From positions 27,077 to 91,076 of IMG/VR virus record IMGVR_UViG_3300008262_002626: a stretch of DNA of 64,000 bases. The stretch is one strand, 5' to 3'. The stretch comes from a virus. Below the pieces are notes generated by a model. The model was not told the origin of the DNA. It did not search any database and was given only the letters and a program-made list of their open reading frames with translations. The stretch's first letter is position 1. The number at the start of each line of letters is the position of its first letter. A program made the position numbers and the translations under genes. This document shows positions 1 through 10,730 of the stretch, piece by piece.

Positions 1-14
1 TGTCTATTAGCATA

Positions 15-242
15 TTATACCTTTTGTAAATGTGTGCGTAGTTCTGTAAACCCGCCTATTAATTTATCATCTAAAAAAATCTGCGGTAAAGTTCTGGCTG
101 TTGGAACTGCTTCTAGTAATTGTTCCTTGGTCCAATCTTTATTGATATTTCTTTCCTCGTACTCAATGTTCTTTGATGCGAGCAAGTTTTTGGCTTGAAC
201 ACAAAAAGGACACTGATCCTTACTCCAAACTATTGCTTTCAT
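15..242 (-). CDS. glutaredoxin
   Basis: CPFC redox motif, TLPQIF and IGGF motifs; next to the nrd genes. Confidence 0.93.
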   Translation of the reverse strand: MKAIVWSKDQCPFCVQAKNLLASKNIEYEERNINKDWTKEQLLEAVPTARTLPQIFLDDKLIGGFTELRTHLQKV

Positions 243-251
243 AATTCCTCT

Positions 252-1352
252 TTAAATTGCTGGTAATTTATCGTAATCAATTACGTCACTCATAACACCA
301 ATGACATAATTCGTTGATTCGTTTTCTTGTAGTGCAGTTTGTTTTTTGCTAGTATCGCTATGTTTATTGAACCACGGAATCGGTGTTGTCTTTGATGCAG
401 AATTCCAGTACTTGATTCCAATGTCTTTAAGAGCACCAACTGCTGTGTAGTCAACAAAATCTTTTAGAATATTTGCGTTAAGACCGATAACAGGTCCTTT
501 CATAAACAAATAGTCTGCCCATGCTTTTTCTTCTGCAATGACATCCTTATATATCTGTAAGACTTCTTCTTGACATTCCTGTGCGGCCCTAGCAAAACGT
601 GGATCTTCTTTAACTACTTGATTAATTAACCAAGCTGTCCAACCTTTGTGTAGTAGTTCGTCTTGTAGAATTAGGCTGATGATGTTGCCATTACCAATAA
701 AGATCTTGTTCTCAACCATTGCTAGACTTGTAGCAAATGACACCATAAAGCGGAATGCTTCTAAGGCATAACTCGCATGTAAAGCGAGGTAAATGGCCTT
801 GATATGAATCTCTTCAGGTACCACTTCGCCAAGCTCTTTCCTGCTGTTGATGATATGCAGGTCATCATAATAACGTCCAACACTTGATGCCATATCGACA
901 ATTTCTTTAGTGTCATGGATTGTATTGAATATGTCTTTTGGTACATTGTAAATATTCCGAATAATATGACTGTAACTACGGCTATGAATGTTAGTTTCAA
1001 AGAATGTCCAGTTGTAGACCAATGCTTCTAGTTCTGGAAGACTTACGACCGGAGTAAAGATTTGACTTGGGCCGCGACCTTGCAGACTGTCAAGAGCAGT
1101 TTGCCTAAGCAGGTTGCTAGTGAAGATATGTTTAACTGCATCTGATGCATCCTTAAAATCTTGTGCATCTTTGGTTAGACTAATCTCTTCTGGAACCCAA
1201 AAGAAACCCCTAGCTGTCTTTTCAAAGTCTGCAATCTTGTTATACTTTACTTCTTCAAATCGTTGAATGGTAACTGGGCCCGCTGGATCCAAAAACATTT
1301 TACGACTCAAGTAGTCAGTTTTTGTCTGTAAGTTATATTGTTGTTTGCTCAT
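252..1352 (-). CDS. nrdB: ribonucleotide reductase class Ia beta subunit (start likely MSKQQ at 1352)
   Basis: FFWVPEEISL, ETNIHSRSY, DELLH diiron motifs; C-terminal ALQENESTNY. Confidence 0.95.
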   Translation of the reverse strand: MSKQQYNLQTKTDYLSRKMFLDPAGPVTIQRFEEVKYNKIADFEKTARGFFWVPEEISLTKDAQDFKDASDAVKHIFTSNLLRQTALDSLQGRGPSQIFTPVVSLPELEALVYNWTFFETNIHSRSYSHIIRNIYNVPKDIFNTIHDTKEIVDMASSVGRYYDDLHIINSRKELGEVVPEEIHIKAIYLALHASYALEAFRFMVSFATSLAMVENKIFIGNGNIISLILQDELLHKGWTAWLINQVVKEDPRFARAAQECQEEVLQIYKDVIAEEKAWADYLFMKGPVIGLNANILKDFVDYTAVGALKDIGIKYWNSASKTTPIPWFNKHSDTSKKQTALQENESTNYVIGVMSDVIDYDKLPAI

Positions 1353-2008
1353 TAGTAATTTCCTGATGCAAGAACAATCTTGCAAATATGTTCTAATCGT
1401 TCTATATGTTCGTAGGCACGCCAAGGACTAGTATCGATAGCAACTACACCATGTCCTTTGATGCCTACTATATCAAATTTAATATTGCCATCACGATCTA
1501 ATTGTAACTTCTCGTGACATTGATTTCCTAGTTCTTCGGAAATTGGGGGTACGTCACCTACATTCGGAGCAACTTTAGTGTACCGACTAAGCTCTGGAAA
1601 ATATTGGCAGAGAGTATTCAATTCGATTCCGGCATGCATAGCCGCAACAGTATAAGTTGGATGCACATGAATCACTACCCGAACGTCGTCCTTGTGTTGT
1701 CCCATTTCTTTTTGTAATCCAAAATGTAATGGGATCTCTCCAGATGGTCTTAGTTTGGCGCTGATATCAGTATATTGTATATCTTCCCAACTGTAGTTAA
1801 ATGCGGCACTACCTACACCACTATTAATAGTTCTCCAAATTTTAATTTTCTTGAACTGATCAGGTTGTAGTGTTTGCTTACGGACACCGCTAGGTGTAAT
1901 ATAAAAGTGATCACGGTCGTGGTGACGAATACTTACATTACCATCACGACTGGTAATCCAATTACGTTGATAAGCATCTTTAAGAACTTCACAAATAGTT
2001 TCTAACAT
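1352..2008 (-). CDS. class II aldolase/adducin family protein
   Basis: GNVSIR, ITPSG, PSGEIPLH, HVHP and KGHGV metal-binding motifs. Confidence 0.88.
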   Translation of the reverse strand: MLETICEVLKDAYQRNWITSRDGNVSIRHHDRDHFYITPSGVRKQTLQPDQFKKIKIWRTINSGVGSAAFNYSWEDIQYTDISAKLRPSGEIPLHFGLQKEMGQHKDDVRVVIHVHPTYTVAAMHAGIELNTLCQYFPELSRYTKVAPNVGDVPPISEELGNQCHEKLQLDRDGNIKFDIVGIKGHGVVAIDTSPWRAYEHIERLEHICKIVLASGNY

Positions 2009-4356
2009 TATAACTTACACGCCTCACAATCTTCTTCTACCATCTCGACATCGACACTATGCCCATTCATTCCAGCTGTGTGGTATCCGTTAACTTCCGA
2101 TGCTACTTCGATTGCTTTACTGCCTGCTTTATTAATTAGGCTGTAGTAGAAAGTCTTAATACCCCATAGCTGTGCTTGCATTAAGTTCTTAGCAATCAGT
2201 GTAGTTGGTACTTTGCGCTCTGGGAAGTGTGCAGGATTATAGAATGTGTTTGTTGAGATACTTTGATCAACATAGACTTGGAGAACAGCCGCTGTTTTTA
2301 AATATCCTACACAGTCAGTTTGATCCCACATCAATTGATACTTGTTCTTTAGTTTATGATAATCCGGAACAACTTGTGTGAATGATCCTGCCTTAGACTC
2401 TTTAGTACTAATAAGGCTCATCGGCATTTCTATTCCATTTGTACTATTAATAACAACACTACTAGACTCAACTGGAGCAATAGCCATAAGTGTAGCATTT
2501 CGTACGCCATGTTCCTTCATCTCCTTACGTAGTGGTTCCCAGTCAAGCTCTGGTTTAAAGTTTGCTAGTTCGTTTACACCCTTAGCACGGATTTCCCATG
2601 GAAATATACCTTGACCATAGCGTGTCTTATCACTGTCTAAACATTTTCCACGTTCTTTAGCTAGTTCAACCGTTGCTTCTGTTAGATAATAGGCTTGATG
2701 CTCCATCCAGCTCTTAACTTCTGCTAGTGCATCTTTCTCACCATACTTATGACCTCGCTTGGCATGCCAGTAGGCTAGATTAGTTACGCCAATACCCAGT
2801 GGTTGAATTTCGTCGTTACTTAATTTAGATTGGATGCTAAGAAAGTCTTGGTAATCCAATATATTGCAAAGACTACGCTGAAGTATCCTGCAAGCACGAC
2901 GCATATCTTCGGGATTACGGAACGCTCCCCAGTTGATGCTGCCAAGAGTACATAAAGCGATGCGGCCGGAAGGGTCATCGAGGCGCTTAAAACTACGAGT
3001 AGGTAAAAGTATTTCACAGCATAAGTTTGACTGATAGATAGTGTGGTACTCAGGATCAAATGGCCCTTGGTTCATGACATTATCAATGAACACCAGGTAG
3101 ATGCGACCTGTATCAGTCCTCTCCTTTAAAATACCACCTTTAAATACATCTTCGGCATTCATCGACTTCTTACGAAGGCCGGCCTGCTTCTCATATTTGA
3201 CATACAATTTTTCGAATAATTCGGTGTCTCTGTAAAAGGCTTCGTACAAGTCAGGCACTTCATTAGGATCAAAAAACGTAATGTTTTCTTTATTTTTGAA
3301 ACGGCGCCAAAAGAATGCTGATAGCACCACTCCGTAGTCCATGTGACGCACACGAGTTTCTTCAGTTCCTTGATTGTTCTTAAGGACAATGAGGTCGTCA
3401 AACTGATGATGCCAAATAGGATAAAAGACTGTAGCACTAGCGTTACGTATTCCACCTTGACTGCAACTCCTTAAATCTCCAAACCATTTCTTTAGAAATG
3501 GGATCATACCAGTATGCATGATCTCACCACCTCTGATGGGGCTACCTAGTGGACGTAGACGCCCAATCTCCAAACCAATGCCAGCACGTTTGCTGGCATA
3601 CTTGGCCATCATCTCACCAGAAGCAAATATGCTATCCAGATCGTCGTCACTGCGGATAAGAACACAACTAGAAAACTGTTTAGTAGGAGTCCCGAGGCCA
3701 GCCAACACAGGTGTAGCAAGAGTAAACAGACCATCTGAAGCACAGTTGTAGTACTCTTTGATGTAACGCATACGGGCCGCATTAGGTTCCTCTTTATGGA
3801 ATACAGTCGCGGCCGCAACCATATAACGAACCTGTGGTGTTTCATAAATTTCCTTTGTCGCACGATTGCGTACCAAATATTTTTCAATCAACTGCTCAAT
3901 AGCGGCGTACGAGTATGTTTCGTCTTTTTCGTGATCGATAAACTCGTCCATCTTATTCCAATCATCTTCTGAATACCAGTTTAGCAACTCCGGAGTATAT
4001 AGACCAATGTCTACATTTCGTTTGACAATTTCGTATAGACGAGGAACTTGATAGTCTCCGTACACATCCTTTCGCAACATACTAAGACGTTGTTTGCCTG
4101 CTACATATTGATAATTGGTGTGCCCTACATCTGGATTATGTTCTACATCAATAAGATCAACGATTGCTCTAAGAGTTATTTCGTCGATTTCTCTAGTAGT
4201 AATTCCATCATAGAAATGTGGTTGACTCTTAATTTCTATCATTGATTGGCTAACGTCGGCAATACCACTGCATACTTTCGCTACCTGAGCTTGCCATTTT
4301 TCTACTGCTAGTGGTTCACGCTTTCCGGATCTTTTAATTACTGTAATGTTATTCAT
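2008..4356 (-). CDS. nrdA: ribonucleotide reductase class Ia alpha subunit with ATP-cone
   Basis: VIKRSG ATP-cone, TPVLAG, FSSCVL, SNLCCEI, C-terminal CEACKL. Confidence 0.97.
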   Translation of the reverse strand: MNNITVIKRSGKREPLAVEKWQAQVAKVCSGIADVSQSMIEIKSQPHFYDGITTREIDEITLRAIVDLIDVEHNPDVGHTNYQYVAGKQRLSMLRKDVYGDYQVPRLYEIVKRNVDIGLYTPELLNWYSEDDWNKMDEFIDHEKDETYSYAAIEQLIEKYLVRNRATKEIYETPQVRYMVAAATVFHKEEPNAARMRYIKEYYNCASDGLFTLATPVLAGLGTPTKQFSSCVLIRSDDDLDSIFASGEMMAKYASKRAGIGLEIGRLRPLGSPIRGGEIMHTGMIPFLKKWFGDLRSCSQGGIRNASATVFYPIWHHQFDDLIVLKNNQGTEETRVRHMDYGVVLSAFFWRRFKNKENITFFDPNEVPDLYEAFYRDTELFEKLYVKYEKQAGLRKKSMNAEDVFKGGILKERTDTGRIYLVFIDNVMNQGPFDPEYHTIYQSNLCCEILLPTRSFKRLDDPSGRIALCTLGSINWGAFRNPEDMRRACRILQRSLCNILDYQDFLSIQSKLSNDEIQPLGIGVTNLAYWHAKRGHKYGEKDALAEVKSWMEHQAYYLTEATVELAKERGKCLDSDKTRYGQGIFPWEIRAKGVNELANFKPELDWEPLRKEMKEHGVRNATLMAIAPVESSSVVINSTNGIEMPMSLISTKESKAGSFTQVVPDYHKLKNKYQLMWDQTDCVGYLKTAAVLQVYVDQSISTNTFYNPAHFPERKVPTTLIAKNLMQAQLWGIKTFYYSLINKAGSKAIEVASEVNGYHTAGMNGHSVDVEMVEEDCEACKL

Positions 4357-4603
4357 GTCTTTTACGCTCTTTGTGTATGGTTCTATATTGTTGTTTATTA
4401 TGATTAGGAAGTATTTAGTGGCTCATACCGAACCAAAGAAATATCGTGGTTCTCAATGGTTTAAGCCTTGATTTTGCTTGATTTTGGAAAAAAAATTTTT
4501 CAACACGAACCTTATCAAAGATATAAAGTAAATTATATGCGTATTTTTTGATAAGGTCAAGAAAGATTGATTAGGATGGAAAATAATATTCCATCCAAAC
4601 CAA

Positions 4604-6793
4604 TTACATGATTGCAGTATATGAATATGTAAATGTGCCACTAGCCAAATCATTTACGACACGTAGGGCAACTGCTCGAGGAGTGTCTGTACCACCAAAC
4701 ACTGATCCATTTTCATTTAATAGAACTGCTGAGAATTCTAAGTCTAACGATGATTCTTCAGATACTCCGGTGATAACGTAATCGTCGGAAAGCTGGAGTT
4801 TGTTTTGACCGGTGGAATCACTTGCATCAACATCAACTAGTAATGATATTTTTCCTTTTCTAGTAAAAGTATTACTGTCTGCTTTGAAAACATAATCAAT
4901 AACATAACTTATTGATCCACTAGCTGTCCCATTAGCACCTGTTGAGATTGGTAATACAGTAACCAATGATGGACTTGAAATCGGTCCAAGGTTTACTTGC
5001 CTTGTTGCATATGATGTATAGGTAACATTTCCTGCAACTTCTGGAATATATGGTATCAACGACAGGTCTCCAACTAGTGTTGGATGGGTGCTTGAATTAA
5101 ATGTTCCAGTCATATTTCCTGTAGAAACAGTTAATGATCTTTGTGGGCCGCCTAAAGTGTTGCTAATCGAAAACGTATTATCATCAACAATATTTTGAAC
5201 ATAATATGTTGTTCCAGAAGTAACACCACCTAAGTTGCTGTTAAATGTAATAGGTGTTCCTACTACTAATACATCCGTTGACTGGCTCGATTCAATAGTA
5301 AATGCTGTTGATGATGAACTTACGATTGTTAATGTGTCTTGATCTGCAAAGGCTTCTGTAAAAGTTGTTTCGCCTACCGGTCTTATTTTCAAATTACTAA
5401 AATTGTTAAATTCAGTTAGATATCTTGTTACAAGAGTTATTGTTGAATCTGAAGTATAATCTTGTTTCAACGTTCCTCTAACTAGTGTTGTATTCTGCTC
5501 AATAGTATCTCCGCGACTAGCAGTTATAGGAGCACTCAATGTTAAGTCAACTGTAAATGACAGCACTGACAGTGATTCTTCTCTATCGGATTGATTATTA
5601 CTACTTACATTACCTATTGAGCCGAACCACATCTGAGGATACTCTGGAAAGAAAACGCCGGCGCCGTCGTTACCAACATTAACTAATTTAGAATCTTCTA
5701 CAGTATTTCCTTTGCCTCTACCGATGTAAACAGCATGTCTCATTATATCTTCAAACTTACAAGAGCTAATCTGTGTTTCTCTAGGACCATATTGTTGTCC
5801 AACTGTAGTACCGTCAGCAGTTTCGCCTAGAACGAATCCCTGGCGGCAATCTCTTACTACGCATTCAGTAAATTGATTATTTAAAATATCTTGATTAGCA
5901 TATACAGCAAAGCTAAATCCGAATATATTAATTCTATTAAACACGTTGTCCTGGCAGGTAACAATGCTAGATACAGCATTCATAACTATACCTTTACTGT
6001 CAGGATCATATATACCTTGCCAGCTACCTTCTATTACTAGATCTTCGAACACACTGTCTTTAACTGCATCTAGTTGTAGTACAGTTTGATCATTGTCATT
6101 ACTCTTAAGAGTCATACCTTTGATTATAATGTGTCTTGGCTGTGTATTTGCTGTTGTACTACCTAATGCACTTGGATTGTCAATAACCGAACTATCATTA
6201 ATAAATTGAATTACAGGACCATTGCCTGTATGAGAAATAATAGTGCTGTTTGGGCCTGCGCCAATTAAACTGGCATAACTTGGAATATATAGTGTTCTTG
6301 TAGTTTTGTAAATGCCCGGAGGTAATTCTAAAATCACACGAGCTTTAGCACCATCAGCGTCTTCAACTGATGCTTTTGTTGTTGGGTTGAGAAATAATTG
6401 ATCTATGGCACGTTGTAATGCATCAGTGTCATCTGTTGTGCTGTTGGCTTCTGTTCCGAAGTCAGCTGTAGTAACTCTCTCATCTAACCGATCTTGTAGA
6501 TCTCTTGATACAGGGTCGTTTGTTGATGGACCTGTTTGTATGGCAGGATCATTAACTTTATAAATGTAACTTAATAAATTTAGTAGGTTACCCTGAGCAG
6601 TTAGGTCACGCTCAGTTAGAATCTTTGTATTACCTACAGCAGGTGCACCTTCAGAAACAGACCCGTTACCAATATAAAGCTCTTGGGTATCTAGAGACCA
6701 CGCTAGTTCGCCCGAAGCTAACTGCGGAAGTCCTGTTCCTGATAGTGATTTTCCTCTGCGTATTTGAATACGGCTGATTTGCACAACTGCCAT
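4604..6793 (-). CDS. virion structural protein, tail spike/fibre-like with a beta-helix region
   Basis: N-terminal QISRIQIRRG...GELAW...LYIGNG module; DDTDALQRAID/LPPGIY beta-helix entry; T/S/G-rich C-terminus. Confidence 0.7.
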   Translation of the reverse strand: MAVVQISRIQIRRGKSLSGTGLPQLASGELAWSLDTQELYIGNGSVSEGAPAVGNTKILTERDLTAQGNLLNLLSYIYKVNDPAIQTGPSTNDPVSRDLQDRLDERVTTADFGTEANSTTDDTDALQRAIDQLFLNPTTKASVEDADGAKARVILELPPGIYKTTRTLYIPSYASLIGAGPNSTIISHTGNGPVIQFINDSSVIDNPSALGSTTANTQPRHIIIKGMTLKSNDNDQTVLQLDAVKDSVFEDLVIEGSWQGIYDPDSKGIVMNAVSSIVTCQDNVFNRINIFGFSFAVYANQDILNNQFTECVVRDCRQGFVLGETADGTTVGQQYGPRETQISSCKFEDIMRHAVYIGRGKGNTVEDSKLVNVGNDGAGVFFPEYPQMWFGSIGNVSSNNQSDREESLSVLSFTVDLTLSAPITASRGDTIEQNTTLVRGTLKQDYTSDSTITLVTRYLTEFNNFSNLKIRPVGETTFTEAFADQDTLTIVSSSSTAFTIESSQSTDVLVVGTPITFNSNLGGVTSGTTYYVQNIVDDNTFSISNTLGGPQRSLTVSTGNMTGTFNSSTHPTLVGDLSLIPYIPEVAGNVTYTSYATRQVNLGPISSPSLVTVLPISTGANGTASGSISYVIDYVFKADSNTFTRKGKISLLVDVDASDSTGQNKLQLSDDYVITGVSEESSLDLEFSAVLLNENGSVFGGTDTPRAVALRVVNDLASGTFTYSYTAIM

Positions 6794-6820
6794 AATAATA
6801 TCCTCTATATAGGATATTTA

Positions 6821-7540
6821 TCAGTTGTTGCGGTAGTATTCCTCTACTCTGTCCCACCAGCGTTTTTCCCAGTAGTCAAAGTCTTTTGATTCAAGTATAA
6901 ACTCTTGATATTTGGGTTCTTCCACCATAATTAACTGCTCGTTTAATTTAGGGCTAACACACATTAAGACAACACCTTTGCGTATGTTTGTACCATGTAC
7001 TTCATTGTGTGCTAGGGCATAGGCAGTTAATTGTAGATAATAATCCTCAATCCACTCTTGTTTTTTAGGTTTATTAGTTTGTTTGTAGTCTAGGATACTT
7101 TCTTCGTTTAGGTGTAAACCGCATCCATCAGTCGTTCCTGCATACAGCCCCGGAAAATACAAAGGAACTTCTACACCCCATACTTCGTTAACATTTTTAA
7201 GGCCTTCACTAATAATGTGCTGTGCCATTTTATGACTTTGTTTACTGTAAGGATTAGTCCCTGGATCGTTTAAGTTTCCTGTAGTAATATAATCTTCTAG
7301 AAACTTGTGCATCCTAGTTCCCCTGCCGGCAGCTTCTGTAACGATAGCCTGTGCCTTTTCTTCACCTACTCGTTTCTTCCAGGCCTGAAGAGCCTGTACT
7401 TTTTCAATAGGTTTTGTTTTATCTAGGATTGTTGTAACTGACGGAACTTTGCTTCCGTCTGGAGTAGCATAAAGTCTTCGACCTTCTACGCTTTCTCTGC
7501 TGATTGGTGTATAATTAAATTTTGAAGTTAAGAGAGTCAT
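6821..7540 (-). CDS. PD-(D/E)XK family exonuclease
   Basis: PSVTTIL, RGTRMH, AGTTD, ILDYKQ, QLTAYA motifs. Confidence 0.88.
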   Translation of the reverse strand: MTLLTSKFNYTPISRESVEGRRLYATPDGSKVPSVTTILDKTKPIEKVQALQAWKKRVGEEKAQAIVTEAAGRGTRMHKFLEDYITTGNLNDPGTNPYSKQSHKMAQHIISEGLKNVNEVWGVEVPLYFPGLYAGTTDGCGLHLNEESILDYKQTNKPKKQEWIEDYYLQLTAYALAHNEVHGTNIRKGVVLMCVSPKLNEQLIMVEEPKYQEFILESKDFDYWEKRWWDRVEEYYRNN

Positions 7541-7546
7541 GGTGCA

Positions 7547-7575
7547 AGTATATAGTCACTTGCACCATTTGTCAA
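7547..7575 (-). promoter_or_regulatory. sigma70-type promoter, probably leaderless transcript
   Basis: TTGACA-17-TATACT with the ATG 6 nt downstream; inverted repeat GGTGCAAGT/ACTTGCACC overlaps it. Confidence 0.75.
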
Positions 7576-7727
7576 TATATTATTTGCCTAGTTTAGTGGC
7601 ACGTTTAGCCATTTTCTCAACTTCACTTTGGCCGGAATCTGTTCCTACTTCTGGTTCTTCTTCTGCCGTCTTTAGTGTAAGTCCTGTGCCGTCAAACTTA
7701 TCTACCATTTTATGTAAAACCTGTTGT

Positions 7728-8666
7728 TCAGGTGGTAGTTGATCTTCTTGATCCCACGCGGCCAACTTCAGCTGCCGGAGCGGCCATTGGCTCTTCTTCA
7801 GCACCTAATTCTGGTGGTGCGCCTAAGTCTGCTGTCATTTCGTCGCCTGTTGGTGCGCCCATTGCCATAGGTGCCTCACCGCCTGATACGATAGATAATG
7901 CTGATGAAAGGCCTGTACGTGATGTTTCAAGTGCTGTATAAATTGCCTCAAGTGCTGGCTTGACTGATTCTTGCCAACGTTGTGCAACGTCGCTACCTTG
8001 TGTTTCTCTTATAGAGTCTACTAATTCTAAAAGCTGTTCTGCCTTCATGGCGGCCACGTCTTCTAGCCACCCTGTGATGCGGTCAACCATATCTTTGGTA
8101 GCCATAATGGTTTCAGCTTTATCTTCTTCGCCTTCCATTAGAACCCAGCCGGCAACGGATTCGTTTAGGTCGTAACGTAGTTGTAGTTCGGCCTTTAATT
8201 CTTCCTTGTCTGACTCGCCTAGTTCCATACGTGATAAAGCAGTATTGATCCAAGTTGTTGGAACTGACTCACTCATTGCACGTTTGCGAATAGTTGCGAA
8301 ATAAACATTTTCGCCTTTCTCTTTACCATATTGTTTTTTCATAGATGCCTTCATTCCTGAATCGTCTGTTTTAGCTTTGATATCTTTTTCTTTCTTTTTC
8401 TCAGCTGGAGTCATTTCTCTTTCTAGGATCTCTTGATTAATAACATCTAGCATTAGTCTTGTTTTTTGATATGTTGGACTTTCTAGCACAGAATCAAAGC
8501 TTTCTGAAAGCTCTAGTTGGCTTATTCGTGTGCGTAGCTTATTACGTGCATCTTCAAGTTGCACATCTGTAAACTGCTCAAAGTTTAGCTTGTAGCCAAA
8601 CTGTTTAGCTAGACTCTCGTTGAGCTGACTAGCTGTAGGTTGTTTTGAAAATTCTCTAATTTGCAT
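7728..8666 (-). CDS. probable prohead core/scaffold-like or internal head protein
   Basis: acidic and coiled-coil, several L/M-x-E sites, TAAATA upstream. Confidence 0.45.
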   Translation of the reverse strand: MQIREFSKQPTASQLNESLAKQFGYKLNFEQFTDVQLEDARNKLRTRISQLELSESFDSVLESPTYQKTRLMLDVINQEILEREMTPAEKKKEKDIKAKTDDSGMKASMKKQYGKEKGENVYFATIRKRAMSESVPTTWINTALSRMELGESDKEELKAELQLRYDLNESVAGWVLMEGEEDKAETIMATKDMVDRITGWLEDVAAMKAEQLLELVDSIRETQGSDVAQRWQESVKPALEAIYTALETSRTGLSSALSIVSGGEAPMAMGAPTGDEMTADLGAPPELGAEEEPMAAPAAEVGRVGSRRSTTT

Positions 8667-8695
8667 GATTCTGTCCTAGAATTCTTATTACGTAT

Positions 8696-9157
8696 TTATA
8701 CAAATGACCACTTAAACATCTTAGAAATTTCTTGCTTAAAATGCTGTTCTTTGAATGAGCTAGTTTCAAATCTAGTCAGCAATATCTGATATCTTTCGTA
8801 GTCTTTGGTTAATTTCATATTGTATTTAAACACTTGAGAATCAATATGATTTGCCCAGTATTGTGTATCCAAGCGTTTAATTTCTTGTAGTTTTTCTAAC
8901 TTAATCTCGTTATAGGCTTTTGCTGCCATAAGAGCACAGGTTTTTAAGAAAAACTCTCCTACATGCTGATCATGTTTAAAATTATACACAGACCAGTTGC
9001 CGGCTTTGGTCTGTTTAACGATAAAGTCTTCGTAGGATATCGAACCGTTGGGTAAAACTGTAATAGGAAGATTGCGATCTAGCTCTTCCTTAAATTGTTC
9101 AGCTAGGGCTCGTACTTTAGAACGATTGATTTTATGTTTTGATTTTTTCATTTGCAA
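8696..9157 (-). CDS. hypothetical protein
   Basis: ORF within a tightly coupled late operon. Confidence 0.6.
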   Translation of the reverse strand: MQMKKSKHKINRSKVRALAEQFKEELDRNLPITVLPNGSISYEDFIVKQTKAGNWSVYNFKHDQHVGEFFLKTCALMAAKAYNEIKLEKLQEIKRLDTQYWANHIDSQVFKYNMKLTKDYERYQILLTRFETSSFKEQHFKQEISKMFKWSFV

Positions 9158-9341
9158 CTACAGTAGGATTTTCCATTCCTATCTTAGTTACCAAACTTTT
9201 GCGGATCATGGCCTCAACTTTGAATTGCTCGTGTTCGCTTAGAGTAGAGAGCTTAACTGGACGAGTTAGCTTTTTTAATATTTCTGCTTCTTCGTTAGTA
9301 GTCCAGATTTCGAAGTTATCAACTAGTTCGCTTATTTTCAT
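9132..9341 (-). CDS. hypothetical protein (MKISEL N-terminus)
   Basis: coupled ORF. Confidence 0.6.
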   Translation of the reverse strand: MKISELVDNFEIWTTNEEAEILKKLTRPVKLSTLSEHEQFKVEAMIRKSLVTKIGMENPTVVANEKIKT

Positions 9342-10036
9342 AGCCCAGATAGTTTCTTAATTGCTAGTAGTTCTTGATTTTCAAACTTTAGACTTGGATT
9401 TGTAGGATGTTGTCCAGGAAGACCAATAAAATCTAAACCTCTACCTACCATATTTGATTTTTGTAGGTATTCGGGACTTAGTCCATCCTTGCCAATCAAT
9501 CTTGCAATAGTTGTTGGATCTGTAGTTTTCTCCCACTCAACTGGAGAAAGTACTTTTTTGTCTCTAGGTACTTGTCCTGACTGTACCGCTTTGATTCTAT
9601 ATTCTAACTGCTTCTTTTCCCAGGGTTGGGTAGCCTGTTGCATTAATGCAGTCAGCTGAGAAATATAATTTTGTGCTAGTTGATCATTAGGACCTTCTTC
9701 CATGTTCTTTTCAGCATTGACTGTAGTACCAGGTGCAATATTATCAGGAGTATTTAAGGTTAAAGTATTATTCTCGCCGGGTTTTAATTGTGATAGTTCG
9801 ACAGTTTTGGCCTGCCCGTCTGGTCCGGTAATAGTTGCTGTGCCTGCGGCTTGGTTAACCTGGGAAATTTTACCTACCATACCACCTGGTTGCGTTTCGT
9901 TGACTTTCTTTTTGTCATCTCCCGGAGCAACAGGACCTTGTGGCTTTATCGGCTCAATATACTGCTTTGGCTTCTGTGCATACTTTTTAGCTCTAAAGCC
10001 TTTTTTATGTTCACCTACGATCTGATTAACCTTCAT
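9338..10036 (-). CDS. putative internal head protein (start likely MKVNQIVGE)
   Basis: CTS-like N-terminus; C-terminal ELLAIKKLSGL. Confidence 0.5.
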   Translation of the reverse strand: MKVNQIVGEHKKGFRAKKYAQKPKQYIEPIKPQGPVAPGDDKKKVNETQPGGMVGKISQVNQAAGTATITGPDGQAKTVELSQLKPGENNTLTLNTPDNIAPGTTVNAEKNMEEGPNDQLAQNYISQLTALMQQATQPWEKKQLEYRIKAVQSGQVPRDKKVLSPVEWEKTTDPTTIARLIGKDGLSPEYLQKSNMVGRGLDFIGLPGQHPTNPSLKFENQELLAIKKLSGL

Positions 10037-10727
10037 TTTGTTCTCCAATGCTAAGACTAGCACTTTCTAATTTGTCTATATATTTACGCAATTTATCAAT
10101 CTTACCTCTCGCTCTGAGTAACTTAAAAGCTAGATTTTCAACAGAATGTTCGCCGCCTTGTTCTAGGCCTGCTTGGCGGAGTCGTCTTATATTAGCCATA
10201 GTTTCTTTGGCTGTGGTTAGATCATCAGATTTTAATGCTTGATTGATGCGTGAAGCATAGTTTCGAGCTTTGCTTTTTACTTCTTGTGCTGTAGCACGAG
10301 GTGCTCCCGGTTTTGGTTCACTGAGCCAGCTGTTATTTAAAACACTATAGATTCCAGCCGAGTAGTGTCGTTGTTCGTGGTCTTGTACATAAAGTTCTAC
10401 ATCGATATCTTTGATTTTAATAGAGTATCGACTGTTGTAGACATTCTTTTTAGCATCGTAGAGTTCTACCTTTTCCGGTGAGTCTACTACTGCTACTAGG
10501 TGCAGATCTAGATCACTGCTGTCGTTATAACCATAGCTGGCATTTGAGCCACTAATAGTTATGTCTTTAAGATCTAGTTTTTCTACGTTGAGATATTCTG
10601 CGAAGTGTCGAGCTATTTTTAGTAGTTGTAGTCTAACTTCGGGTATGAGTTTATTGTTGTCCCAGAGTTTAGGATTTAACTCGGGATGATAGGTAATAGG
10701 AGCAACTGATAGTTCTTGAAAGTTCAT
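10026..10727 (-). CDS. Pol-beta superfamily nucleotidyltransferase-like protein
   Basis: GSNASY...SDLDLH and a downstream VELY acidic motif. Confidence 0.7.
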   Translation of the reverse strand: MNFQELSVAPITYHPELNPKLWDNNKLIPEVRLQLLKIARHFAEYLNVEKLDLKDITISGSNASYGYNDSSDLDLHLVAVVDSPEKVELYDAKKNVYNSRYSIKIKDIDVELYVQDHEQRHYSAGIYSVLNNSWLSEPKPGAPRATAQEVKSKARNYASRINQALKSDDLTTAKETMANIRRLRQAGLEQGGEHSVENLAFKLLRARGKIDKLRKYIDKLESASLSIGEQNEG

Positions 10728-10730
10728 TCA

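Noticed and set aside
2008-4356. Intron or intein in nrdA (also checked helicase and DnaE fragment)
   Set aside because: ORFs are continuous with no inserted segment or Hint motifs.
4604-6793. Diversity-generating retroelement target
   Set aside because: No reverse transcriptase or template/variable repeat pair is visible in the window.
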